The position numbers and the translations under genes were made by a program. This document shows, piece by piece, positions 36,401 to 50,500 of a stretch of DNA of 64,000 nucleotides; within the stretch, counting starts at the first letter, position 1; every line of letters begins with the position of its first letter. The DNA is from Azolla caroliniana (Eukaryota > Plantae > Polypodiophyta), in NCBI GenBank assembly GCA_043228905.1, contig JBHGNT010000057.1, forward strand, positions 62,001 to 126,000, written 5' to 3'. Below the pieces are notes generated by a model. It saw nothing but the letters and a program-made list of their open reading frames with translations. It had not been told where the DNA came from and searched no databases.

Positions 36401-39400
36401 CAAAATCTTGATTTTTTAATTCCATATGATAGCTAGCGTTGTTAGCTTCCATTCGCATGTTTGAACACAAAAATCCGATATCACACTCGCCAGGTATGAA
36501 CATTTTAATTTACTCAAGGGTTCCTCTCAACTCCCTCCTCAAATTTGGTAATTTCGTCATGTCTCTCGACCTGAGTTTCAAAATCTTGATTTTTTAATTC
36601 CATATGATAGCTAGCGTTGTTAGCTTCGATTCGCTAGGTGGAACACAAAAATCCGATATCACACGAGCCAGGTATGAACATTTTAATTTACCTACTAGCT
36701 CTTCTCAAGTCCCTCCTCAAATTATGTAATTTCGTCATGTCTCTCGACCTGAGCTTCAAAATCTTGATTTTTTAATTCCATATCATAGCTAGCGTTGTTA
36801 GCTTCGATTCGCAAGTTTGAACACAAAAATCCGATATCACACGAGCCAGGTATGAACATTTTAATTTACCTACTAGCTCTTCTCAACTCATTCCTCAAAT
36901 GTGGTAATTTCGTCATGTCTCTCGACCTGAGTTTCAAAATCTTGATATTTTAATTGCATATGATAGCTAGCGTTGTTAGCTTCGATTCGCATGTTTGAAC
37001 ACAAAAATCCGATATCACACTCGCCAGGTATGAACATTTTAATTTACTCAAGGGTTCCTCTCAACTCCCTCCTCAAATTTGGTAATTTCGTCATGTCTCT
37101 CGACCTGAGTTTCAAAATCTTGATTTTTTAATTCCATATGATAGCTAGCGTTGTTAGCTTCGATTCGCATGTTTGAACACAAAAATCCGATATCACACGA
37201 GCCAGGTATGAACATTTTAATTTACTCAAGGGCTCCTCTCAACTCCCTGCTCAAATTTGGTAATTTCGTCATGTCTCTCGACCTGAGCTTCAAAATCTTG
37301 ATTTTTTAATTCCATATCATAGCTAGCGTTGTTAGCTTCGATTCGCAAGTTTGAACACAAAAATCCGATATCACACGAGCCAGGTATGAACATTTTAATT
37401 TACTCAAGGGCTCCTTTGAACTCCCTCCTCAAATGTGGTAATTTCGTCATGTCTCTCGACCTGAGTTTCAAAATCTTGATTTTTTAATTCCATATCATAG
37501 CTAGCGTTGTTAGCTTCGATTCGCAAGTTTGAACACAAAAATCCGATATCACACGAGCCAGGTATGAACATATTTTAATTTACTCAAGGGCTCCTCTCAA
37601 CTTAGTCCTCAAATTTGGTAATTTCGTCATGTCTCTCGACCTGAGTTTCAAAATCTTGATATTTTAATTGCATATGATAGCTAGCGTTGTTAGCTTCGAT
37701 TCGCATGTTTGAACAGAAAAATCCGATATCACACTCGCCAGGTATGAACATTTTAATTTACCTACTAGCTCTTCTCAACTCATTCCTCAAATTTGGTAAT
37801 TTCGTCATGTCTCTCGACCTGAGTTTTAAAATCTTGATTTTTTAATTCCATATCATAGCTAGCGTTGTTAGCTTCGATTCGCAAGTTTGAACACAAAAAT
37901 CCGATATCACACGAGCCAGGTATGAACATTTTAATTTACTCAAGGGCTCCTTTGAAGTCCCTCCTCAACTGTGGTAATTTCGTCATGTCTCTCGACCTGA
38001 GTTTCAAAATCTTGATATTTTAATTCCATATCATAGCTAGCGTTGTTAGCTTCGATTCGCATGTTTGAACACAAAAATCCGATATCACACGAGCCAGGTA
38101 TGAACATTTTAATTTACCTACTAGCTCTTCTCAAGTCCCTCCTCAAATTATGTAATTTCGTCATGTCTCTCGACCTGAGCTTCAAAATCTTGATTTTTTA
38201 ATTCCATATCATAGCTAGTGTTGTTAGCTTCGATTCGCAAGTTTGAACACAAAAATCCGATATCACACGAGCCAGGTATGAACACATTTTAATTTACTCA
38301 AGGGCTCCTCTCAACCTCCCTGCTCAAATTTGGTAATTTCGTCATGTCTCTCGACCTGAGTTTCAAAATCTTGATTTTTTAATTCCATATCATAGCTAGC
38401 GTTGTTAGCTTCGATTCGCATGTTTGAACACAAAAATCCGATATCACACGAGCCAGGTATGAACATTTTAATTTACCTACTAGCTCTTCTCAAGTCCCTC
38501 CTCAAATTATGTAATTTCGTCATGTCTCTCGACCTGAGCTTCAAAATCTTGATTTTTTAATTCCATATCATAGCTAGTGTTGTTAGCTTCGATTCGCAAG
38601 TTTGAACACAAAAATCCGATATCACACGAGCCAGGTATGAACACATTTTAATTTACTCAAGGGCTCCTCTCAACCTCCCTGCTCAAATTTGGTAATTTCG
38701 TCATGTCTCTCGACCTGAGTTTCAAAATCTTGATTTTTTAATTCCATATCATAGCTAGCGTTGTTAGCTTCGATTCGCATGTTTGAACACAAAAATCCGA
38801 TATCACACGAGCCAGGTATGAACATTTTAATTTACTCAAGGGCTCCTTTGAACTCCCTCCTCAAATGTGGTAATTTCGTCATGTCTCTCGACCTGAGTTT
38901 CAAAATCTTGATTTTTTAATTCCATATCATAGCTAGCGTTGTTAGCTTCGATTCGCATGTTTGAACACAAAAATCCGATATCACACGAGCCAGGTATGAA
39001 CATTTTAATTTACTCAAGGCCTCCTCTCAACTCCCTGCTCAAATTTGGTAATTTCGTCATGTCTCTCGACCTGAGTTTCAAAATCTTGATTTTTTAAGTC
39101 CATATCATAGCTAGCGTTGTTAGCTTCGATTCGCATGTTTGAATACAAAAATCCGATATCACACGAGCCAGGTATGAACATTTTAATTTACTCAAGGGCT
39201 CCTTTGAACTCCCTCCTCAAATGTGGTAATTTCGTCATGTCTCTCGACCTGAGTTTCAGAATCTTGATTTTTTAAGTCCATATCATAGCTAGCGTTGTTA
39301 GCTTCGATTCGCATGTTTGAACACAAAAAACCGATATCACACTCGCCAGGTATGAACATTTTAATTTACTCAAGGGTTCCTCTCAACTCCCTCCTCAAAT

Positions 39401-41599
39401 TTGGTAATTTCGTCATGTCTCTCGACCTGAGTTTCAAAATCTTGATTTTTTAATTCCATATCATAGCTAGCGTTGTTAGCTTCGATTCGCATGTTTGAAT
39501 ACAAAAATCCGATATCACACGAGCCAGGTATGAACATTTTAATTTACTCAAGGGCTCCTTTGAACTCCCTCCTCAAATGTGGTAATTTCGTCATGTCTCT
39601 CGACCTGAGTTTCAAAATCTTGATTTTTTAAATTCCATATCATAGCTAGCGTTGTTGGCTTCGATTCGCATGTTTGAATACAAAAATCCGATATCACACG
39701 AGCCAGGTATGAACATTTTAATTTACTCAAGGGCTCCTTTGAACTCCCTCCTCAAATTATGTAATTTCGTCATGTCTCTCGACCTGAGTTTCAAAATCTT
39801 AATTTTTTAATTCCAGATGATAGCTAGCGTTGTTAGCTTCGATTCGCTAGTTGGAACACAAAAATCCGATATCACACGAGCCAAGTATGAACATTTTAAT
39901 TTACTCAAGGGCTCCTCTCAACTCCCTGCTCAAATTATGTAATTTCGTCATGTCTCTCGACCTGAGCTTCAAAATCTTGATTTTTTAATTCCATATCATA
40001 GCTAGTGTTGTTAGCTTCGATTCGCAAGTTTGAACACAAAAATCCGATATCACACGAGCCAGGTATGAACACATTTTAATTTACTCAAGGGCTCCTCTCA
40101 ACCTCCCTGCTCAAATTTGGTAATTTCGTCATGTCTCTCGACCTGAGTTTCAAAATCTTGATTTTTTAATTCCATATCATAGCTAGCGTTGTTAGCTTCG
40201 ATTCGCATGTTTGAACACAAAAATCCGATATCACACGAGCCAGGTATGAACATTTTAATTTACTCAAGGGCTCCTTTGAACTCCCTGCTCAAATTTGGTA
40301 ATTTCGTCATGTCTCTCGACCTGAGTTTCAAAATCTTGATTTTTTAATTCCATATCATAGCTAGCGTTGTTAGCTTCGATTCGCATGTTTGAACACAAAA
40401 ATCCGATATCACACGAGCCAGGTATGAACATTTTAATTTACTCAAGGCCTCCTCTCAACTCCCTGCTCAAATTTGGTAATTTCGTCATGTCTCTCGACCT
40501 GAGTTTCAAAATCTTGATTTTTTAAGTCCATATCATAGCTAGCGTTGTTAGCTTCGATTCGCATGTTTGAATACAAAAATCCGATATCACACGAGCCAGG
40601 TATGAACATTTTAATTTACTCAAGGGCTCCTTTGAACTCCCTCCTCAAATGTGGTAATTTCGTCATGTCTCTCGACCTGAGTTTCAAAATCTTGATTTTT
40701 TAAGTCCATATCATAGCTAGCGTTGTTAGCTTCGATTCGCATGTTTGAACACAAAAAACCGATATCACACTCGCCAGGTATGAACATTTTAATTTACTCA
40801 AGGGTTCCTCTCAACTCCCTCCTCAAATTTGGTAATTTCGTCATGTCTCTCGACCTGAGTTTCAAAATCTTGATTTTTTAATTCCATATCATAGCTAGCG
40901 TTGTTAGCTTCGATTCGCATGTTTGAATACAAAAATCCGATATCACACGAGCCAGGTATGAACATTTTAATTTACTCAAGGGCTCCTTTGAACTCCCTCC
41001 TCAAATGTGGTAATTTCGTCATGTCTCTCGACCTGAGTTTCAAAATCTTGATTTTTTAATTCCATATCATAGCTAGCGTTGTTAGCTTCGATTCGCATGT
41101 TTGAACACAAAAAACCGATATCACACTCGCCAGGTATGAACATTTTAATTTACTCAAGGGTTCCTCTCAACTCCCTCCTCAAATTTGGTAATTTCGTCAT
41201 GTCTCTCGACCTGAGTTTCAAAATCTTGATTTTTTAATTCCATATCATAGCTAGCGTTGTTAGCTTCGATTCGCATGTTTGAATACAAAAATCCGATATC
41301 ACACGAGCCAGGTATGAACATTTTAATTTACTCAAGGGCTCCTTTGAACTCCCTCCTCAAATGTGGTAATTTCGTCATGTCTCTCGACCTGAGTTTCAAA
41401 ATCTTGATTTTTTAATTCCATATCATAGCTAGCGTTGTTAGCTTCGATTCGCATGTTTGAACACAAAAATCCGATATCACACGAGCCAGGTATGAACATT
41501 TTAATTTACTCAAGGGCTCCTTTGAACTCCCTCCTCAAATGTGGTAATTTCGTCATGTCTCTCGACCTGAGTTTCAAAATCTTGATTTTTTAATTCCAT

Positions 41600-44500
41600 A
41601 TCATAGCTAGCGTTGTAAGCTTCGATTCGCATGTTTGAACACAAAAATCCGATATCACACGAGCCAGGTATGAACATTTTAATTTACTCAAGGCCTCCTC
41701 TCAACTCCCTGCTCAAATTTGGTAATTTCGTCATGTCTCTCGACCTGAGTTTCAAAATCTTGATTTTTTAAGTCCATATCATAGCTAGCGTTGTTAGCTT
41801 CGATTCGCATGTTTGAATACAAAAATCCGATATCACACGAGCCAGGTATGAACATTTTAATTTACTCAAGGGCTCCTTTGAACTCCCTCCTCAAATGTGG
41901 TAATTTCGTCATGTCTCTCGACCTGAGTTTCAAAATCTTGATTTTTTAAGTCCATATCATAGCTAGCGTTGTTAGCTTCGATTCGCATGTTTGAACACAA
42001 AAAACCGATATCACACTCGCCAGGTATGAACATTTTAATTTACTCAAGGGTTCCTCTCAACTCCCTCCTCAAATTTGGTAATTTCGTCATGTCTCTCGAC
42101 CTGAGTTTCAAAATCTTGATTTTTTAATTCCATATCATAGCTAGCGTTGTTAGCTTCGATTCGCATGTTTGAATACAAAAATCCGATATCACACGAGCCA
42201 GGTATGAACATTTTAATTTACTCAAGGGCTCCTTTGAACTCCCTCCTCAAATGTGGTAATTTCGTCATGTCTCTCGACCTGAGTTTCAAAATCTTGATTT
42301 TTTAAATTCCATATCATAGCTAGCGTTGTTGGCTTCGATTCGCATGTTTGAATACAAAAATCCGATATCACACGAGCCAGGTATGAACATTTTAATTTAC
42401 TCAAGGGCTCCTTTGAACTCCCTCCTCAAATTATGTAATTTCGTCATGTCTCTCGACCTGAGTTTCAAAATCTTAATTTTTTAATTCCAGATGATAGCTA
42501 GCGTTGTTAGCTTCGATTCGCTAGTTGGAACACAAAAATCCGATATCACACGAGCCAAGTATGAACATTTTAATTTACTCAAGGGCTCCTCTCAACTCCC
42601 TGCTCAAATTATGTAATTTCGTCATGTCTCTCGACCTGAGCTTCAAAATCTTGATTTTTTAATTCCATATCATAGCTAGTGTTGTTAGCTTCGATTCGCA
42701 AGTTTGAACACAAAAACCGATATCACACGAGCCAGGTATGAACACATTTTAATTTACTCAAGGGCTCCTCTCAACCTCCCTGCTCAAATTTGGTAATTTC
42801 GTCATGTCTCTCGACCTGAGTTTCAAAATCTTGATTTTTTAATTCCATATCATAGCTAGCGTTGTTAGCTTCGATTCGCATGTTTGAACACAAAAATCCG
42901 ATATCACACGAGCCAGGTATGAACATTTTAATTTACTCAAGGGCTCCTTTGAACTCCGTGCTCAAATTTGGTAATTTCGTCATGTCTCTCGACCTGAGTT
43001 TCAAAATCTTGATTTTTTAATTCCATATCATAGCTAGCGTTGTTAGCTTCGATTCGCATGTTTGAACACAAAAATCCGATATCACACGAGCCAGGTATGA
43101 ACATTTTAATTTACTCAAGGCCTCCTCTCAACTCCCTGCTCAAATTTGGTAATTTCGTCATGTCTCTCGACCTGAGTTTCAAAATCTTGATTTTTTAAGT
43201 CCATATCATAGCTAGCGTTGTTAGCTTCGATTCGCATGTTTGAATACAAAAATCCGATATCACACGAGCCAGGTATGAACATTTTAATTTACTCAAGGGC
43301 TCCTTTGAACTCCCTCCTCAAATGTGGTAATTTCGTCATGTCTCTCGACCTGAGTTTCAAAATCTTGATTTTTTAAGTCCATATCATAGCTAGCGTTGTT
43401 AGCTTCGATTCGCATGTTTGAACACAAAAAACCGATATCACACTCGCCAGGTATGAACATTTTAATTTACTCAAGGGTTCCTCTCAACTCCCTCCTCAAA
43501 TGTGGTAATTTCGTCATGTCTCTCGACCTGAGTTTCAAAATCTTGATTTTTTAATTCCATATCATAGCTAGCGTTGTTAGCTTCGATTCGCATGTTTGAA
43601 CACAAAAATCCGATATCACACTCGCCAGGTATGAACATTTTAATTTACTCAAGGGTTCCTCTCAACTCCCTCCTCAAATTTGGTAATTTCGTCATGTCTC
43701 TCGACCTGAGTTTCAAAATCTTGATTTTTTAATTCCATATCATAGCTAGCGTTGTTAGCTTCGATTCGCATGTTTGAATACAAAAATCCGATATCACACG
43801 AGCCAGGTATGAACATTTTAATTTACTCAAGGGCTCCTTTGAAGTCCCTCCTCAACTGTGGTAATTTCGTCATGTCTCTCGACCTGAGTTTCAAAATCTT
43901 GATATTTTAATTCCATATCATAGCTAGCGTTGTTAGCTTCGATTCGCATGTTTGAACACAAAAATCCGATATCACACGAGCCAGGTATGAACATTTTAAT
44001 TTACCTACTAGCTCTTCTCAAGTCCCTCCTCAAATTATGTAATTTCGTCATGTCTCTCGACCTGAGCTTCAAAATCTTGATTTTTTAATTCCATATCATA
44101 GCTAGTGTTGTTAGCTTCGATTCGCAAGTTTGAACACAAAAATCCGATATCACACGAGCCAGGTATGAACACATTTTAATTTACTCAAGGGCTCCTCTCA
44201 ACCTCCCTGCTCAAATTTGGTAATTTCGTCATGTCTCTCGACCTGAGTTTCAAAATCTTGATTTTTTAATTCCATATCATAGCTAGCGTTGTTAGCTTCG
44301 ATTCGCATGTTTGAACACAAAAATCCGATATCACACGAGCCAGGTATGAACATTTTAATTTACCTACTAGCTCTTCTCAAGTCCCTCCTCAAATTATGTA
44401 ATTTCGTCATGTCTCTCGACCTGAGCTTCAAAATCTTGATTTTTTAATTCCATATCATAGCTAGTGTTGTTAGCTTCGATTCGCAAGTTTGAACACAAAA

Positions 44501-47500
44501 ATCCGATATCACACGAGCCAGGTATGAACACATTTTAATTTACTCAAGGGCTCCTCTCAACCTCCCTGCTCAAATTTGGTAATTTCGTCATGTCTCTCGA
44601 CCTGAGTTTCAAAATCTTGATTTTTTAATTCCATATCATAGCTAGCGTTGTTAGCTTCGATTCGCATGTTTGAACACAAAAATCCGATATCACACGAGCC
44701 AGGTATGAACATTTTAATTTACTCAAGGGCTCCTTTGAACTCCCTCCTCAAATGTGGTAATTTCGTCATGTCTCTCGACCTGAGTTTCAAAATCTTGATT
44801 TTTTAATTCCATATCATAGCTAGCGTTGTTAGCTTCGATTCGCATGTTTGAACACAAAAATCCGATATCACACGAGCCAGGTATGAACATTTTAATTTAC
44901 TCAAGGCCTCCTCTCAACTCCCTGCTCAAATTTGGTAATTTCGTCATGTCTCTCGACCTGAGTTTCAAAATCTTGATTTTTTAAGTCCATATCATAGCTA
45001 GCGTTGTTAGCTTCGATTCGCATGTTTGAATACAAAAATCCGATATCACACGAGCCAGGTATGAACATTTTAATTTACTCAAGGGCTCCTTTGAACTCCC
45101 TCCTCAAATGTGGTAATTTCGTCATGTCTCTCGACCTGAGTTTCAAAATCTTGATTTTTTAAATTCCATATCATAGCTAGCGTTGTTGGCTTCGATTCGC
45201 ATGTTTGAATACAAAAATCCGATATCACACGAGCCAGGTATGAACATTTTAATTTACTCAAGGGCTCCTTTGAACTCCCTCCTCAAATTATGTAATTTCG
45301 TCATGTCTCTCGACCTGAGTTTCAAAATCTTAATTTTTTAATTCCAGATGATAGCTAGCGTTGTTAGCTTCGATTCGCTAGTTGGAACACAAAAATCCGA
45401 TATCACACGAGCCAAGTATGAACATTTTAATTTACTCAAGGGCTCCTCTCAACTCCCTGCTCAAATTATGTAATTTCGTCATGTCTCTCGACCTGAGTTT
45501 CAAAATCTTGATATTTTAATTGCATATGATAGCTAGCGTTGTTAGCTTCGATTCGCATGTTTGAACACAAAAATCCGATATCACACTCGCCAGGTATGAA
45601 CATTTTAATTTACTCAAGGGTTCCTCTCAACTCCCTCCTCAAATGTGGTAATTTCGTCATGTCTCTCGACTTGAGTTTTAAAATCTTGATTTTTTAATTC
45701 CATATCATAGCTAGCGTTGTTAGCTTCGATTCGCAAGTTTGAACACAAAAATCCGATATCACACGAGCCAGGTATGAACATTTTAATTTACCTACTAGCT
45801 CTTCTCAACTCATTCCTCAAATTTGGTAATTTCGTCATGTCTCTCGACCTGAGTTTCAAAATCTTGTTTTTTTAATTCCATATCATAGCTAGCATTGTTA
45901 TCTTCGATTCGCATGTTTGAACACACAAATCCGATATCACACTCGCCAGGTATGAACATTTTAATTTACTCAAGAGCTCTTGTGAACTCCCTCCTCAAAT
46001 GTGGTAATTTCGTCATGTCTCTCGACCTGAGTTTCAAAAGCTTGATTTTTTAATTCCATATCATAGCTAGCGTTGTTAGCTTCGATTCGCATGTTTGAAT
46101 ACAAAAATCCGATATCACACGAGCCAGGTATGAACATTTTAATTTACTCAAGGGCTCCTTTGAACTCCCTCCTCAAATGTGGTAATTTCGTCATGTCTCT
46201 CGACCTGAGTTTCAAAATCTTGATTTTTTAAGTCCATATCATAGCTAGCGTTGTTAGCTTCGATTCGCATGTTTGAACACAAAAATCCGATATCACACGA
46301 GCCAGGTATGAACATTTTAATTTACTCAAGGGTTCCTCTCAACTCCCTCCTCAAATTTGGTAATTTCGTCATGTCTCTCGACCTGAGTTTCAAAATCTTG
46401 ATTTTTTAATTCCATATCATAGCTAGCGTTGTTAGCTTCGATTCGCATGTTTGAATACAAAAATCCGATATCACACGAGCCAGGTATGAACATTTTAATT
46501 TACTCAAGGGCTCCTTTGAACTCCCTCCTCAAATGTGGTAATTTCGTCATGTCTCTCGACCTGAGTTTCAAAATCTTGATTTTTTAAATTCCATATCATA
46601 GCTAGCGTTGTTGGCTTCGATTCGCATGTTTGAATACAAAAATCCGATATCACACGAGCCAGGTATGAACATTTTAATTTACTCAAGGGCTCCTTTGAAC
46701 TCCCTCCTCAAATTATGTAATTTCGTCATGTCTCTCGACCTGAGTTTCAAAATCTTAATTTTTTAATTCCAGATGATAGCTAGCGTTGTTAGCTTCGATT
46801 CGCTAGTTGGAACACAAAAATCCGATATCACACGAGCCAAGTATGAACATTTTAATTTACTCAAGGGCTCCTCTCAACTCCCTGCTCAAATTATGTAATT
46901 TCGTCATGTCTCTCGACCTGATTTTCAAAATCTTGATATTTTAATTGCATATGATAGCTAGCGTTGTTAGCTTCGATTCGCATGTTTGAACACAAAAATC
47001 CGATATCACACTCGCCAGGTATGAACATTTTAATTTACTCAAGGGTTCCTCTCAACTCCCTCCTCAAATTTGGTAATTTCGTCATGTCTCTCGACTTGAG
47101 TTTTAAAATCTTGATTTTTTAATTCCATATCATAGCTAGCGTTGTTAGCTTCGATTCGCAAGTTTGAACACAAAAATCCGATATCACACGAGCCAGGTAT
47201 GAACATTTTAATTTACCTACTAGCTCTTCTCAACTCATTCCTCAAATTTGGTAATTTCGTCATGTCTCTCGACCTGAGTTTCAAAATCTTGTTTTTTTAA
47301 TTCCATATCATAGCTAGCATTGTTATCTTCGATTCGCATGTTTGAACACACAAATCCGATATCACACTCGCCAGGTATGAACATTTTAATTTACTCAAGA
47401 GCTCTTGTGAACTCCCTCCTCAAATGTGGTAATTTCGTCATGTCTCTCGACCTGAGTTTCAAAAGCTTGATTTTTTAATTCCATATCATAGCTAGCGTTG

Positions 47501-50500
47501 TTAGCTTCGATTCGCATGTTTGAATACAAAAATCCGATATCACACGAGCCAGGTATGAACATTTTAATTTACTCAAGGGCTCCTTTGAACTCCCTCCTCA
47601 AATGTGGTAATTTCGTCATGTCTCTCGACCTGAGTTTCAAAATCTTGATTTTTTAAGTCCATATCATAGCTAGCGTTGTTAGCTTCGATTCGCATGTTTG
47701 AACACAAAAATCCGATATCACACGAGCCAGGTATGAACATTTTAATTTACTCAAGGGTTCCTCTCAACTCCCTCCTCAAATTTGGTAATTTCGTCATGTC
47801 TCTCGACCTGAGTTTCAAAATCTTGATTTTTTAATTCCATATCATAGCTAGCGTTGTTAGCTTCGATTCGCATGTTTGAATACAAAAATCCGATATCACA
47901 CGAGCCAGGTATGAACATTTTAATTTACTCAAGGGCTCCTTTGAACTCCCTCCTCAAATGTGGTAATTTCGTCATGTCTCTCGACCTGAGTTTCAAAATC
48001 TTGATTTTTTAATTCCATATCATAGCTAGCGTTGTTAGCTTCGATTCGCATGTTTGAACACAAAAAACCGATATCACACTCGCCAGGTATGAACATTTTA
48101 ATTTACTCAAGGGTTCCTCTCAACTCCCTCCTCAAATTTGGTAATTTCGTCATGTCTCTCGACCTGAGTTTCAAAATCTTGATTTTTTAATTCCATATCA
48201 TAGCTAGCGTTGTTAGCTTCGATTCGCATGTTTGAATACAAAAATCCGATATCACACGAGCCAGGTATGAACATTTTAATTTACTCAAGGGCTCCTTTGA
48301 ACTCCCTCCTCAAATGTGGTAATTTCGTCATGTCTCTCGACCTGAGTTTCAAAATCTTGATTTTTTAATTCCATATCATAGCTAGCGTTGTTAGCTTCGA
48401 TTCGCATGTTTGAACACAAAAATCCGATATCACACGAGCCAGGTATGAACATTTTAATTTACTCAAGGGCTCCTTTGAACTCCCTCCTCAAATGTGGTAA
48501 TTTCGTCATGTCTCTCGACCTGAGTTTCATAATCTTGATTTTTTAATTCCATATCATAGCTAGCGTTGTTAGCTTCGATTCGCATGTTTGAACACAAAAA
48601 TCCGATATCACACGAGCCAGGTATGAACATTTTAATTTACTCAAGGCCTCCTCTCAACTCCCTGCTCAAATTTGGTAATTTCGTCATGTCTCTCGACCTG
48701 AGTTTCAAAATCTTGATTTTTTAAGTCCATATCATAGCTAGCGTTGTTAGCTTCGATTCGCATGTTTGAATACAAAAATCCGATATCACACGAGCCAGGT
48801 ATGAACATTTTAATTTACTCAAGGGCTCCTTTGAACTCCCTCCTCAAATGTGGTAATTTCGTCATGTCTCTCGACCTGAGTTTCAAAATCTTGATTTTTT
48901 AAGTCCATATCATAGCTAGCGTTGTTAGCTTCGATTCGCATGTTTGAACACAAAAAACCGATATCACACTCGCCAGGTATGAACATTTTAATTTACTCAA
49001 GGGTTCCTCTCAACTCCCTCCTCAAATTTGGTAATTTCGTCATGTCTCTCGACCTGAGTTTCAAAATCTTGATTTTTTAATTCCATATCATAGCTAGCGT
49101 TGTAAGCTTCGATTCGCATGTTTGAACACAAAAATCCGATATCACACGAGCCAGGTATGAACATTTTAATTTACTCAAGGCCTCCTCTCAACTCCCTGCT
49201 CAAATTTGGTAATTTCGTCATGTCTCTCGACCTGAGTTTCAAAATCTTGATTTTTTAAGTCCATATCATAGCTAGCGTTGTTAGCTTCGATTCGCATGTT
49301 TGAATACAAAAATCCGATATCACACGAGCCAGGTATGAACATTTTAATTTACTCAAGGGCTCCTTTGAACTCCCTCCTCAAATGTGGTAATTTCGTCATG
49401 TCTCTCGACCTGAGTTTCAAAATCTTGATTTTTTAAGTCCATATCATAGCTAGCGTTGTTAGCTTCGATTCGCATGTTTGAACACAAAAAACCGATATCA
49501 CACTCGCCAGGTATGAACATTTTAATTTACTCAAGGGTTCCTCTCAACTCCCTCCTCAAATTTGGTAATTTCGTCATGTCTCTCGACCTGAGTTTCAAAA
49601 TCTTGATTTTTTAATTCCATATCATAGCTAGCGTTGTTAGCTTCGATTCGCATGTTTGAATACAAAAATCCGATATCACACGAGCCAGGTATGAACATTT
49701 TAATTTACTCAAGGGCTCCTTTGAACTCCCTCCTCAAATGTGGTAATTTCGTCATGTCTCTCGACCTGAGTTTCAAAATCTTGATTTTTTAAATTCCATA
49801 TCATAGCTAGCGTTGTTGGCTTCGATTCGCATGTTTGAATACAAAAATCCGATATCACACGAGCCAGGTATGAACATTTTAATTTACTCAAGGGCTCCTT
49901 TGAACTCCCTCCTCAAATTATGTAATTTCGTCATGTCTCTCGACCTGAGTTTCAAAATCTTAATTTTTTAATTCCAGATGATAGCTAGCGTTGTTAGCTT
50001 CGATTCGCTAGTTGGAACACAAAAATCCGATATCACACGAGCCAAGTATGAACATTTTAATTTACTCAAGGGCTCCTCTCAACTCCCTGCTCAAATTATG
50101 TAATTTCGTCATGTCTCTCGACCTGAGCTTCAAAATCTTGATTTTTTAATTCCATATCATAGCTAGTGTTGTTAGCTTCGATTCGCAAGTTTGAACACAA
50201 AAACCGATATCACACGAGCCAGGTATGAACACATTTTAATTTACTCAAGGGCTCCTCTCAACCTCCCTGCTCAAATTTGGTAATTTCGTCATGTCTCTCG
50301 ACCTGAGTTTCAAAATCTTGATTTTTTAATTCCATATCATAGCTAGCGTTGTTAGCTTCGATTCGCATGTTTGAACACAAAAATCCGATATCACACGAGC
50401 CAGGTATGAACATTTTAATTTACTCAAGGGCTCCTTTGAACTCCGTGCTCAAATTTGGTAATTTCGTCATGTCTCTCGACCTGAGTTTCAAAATCTTGAT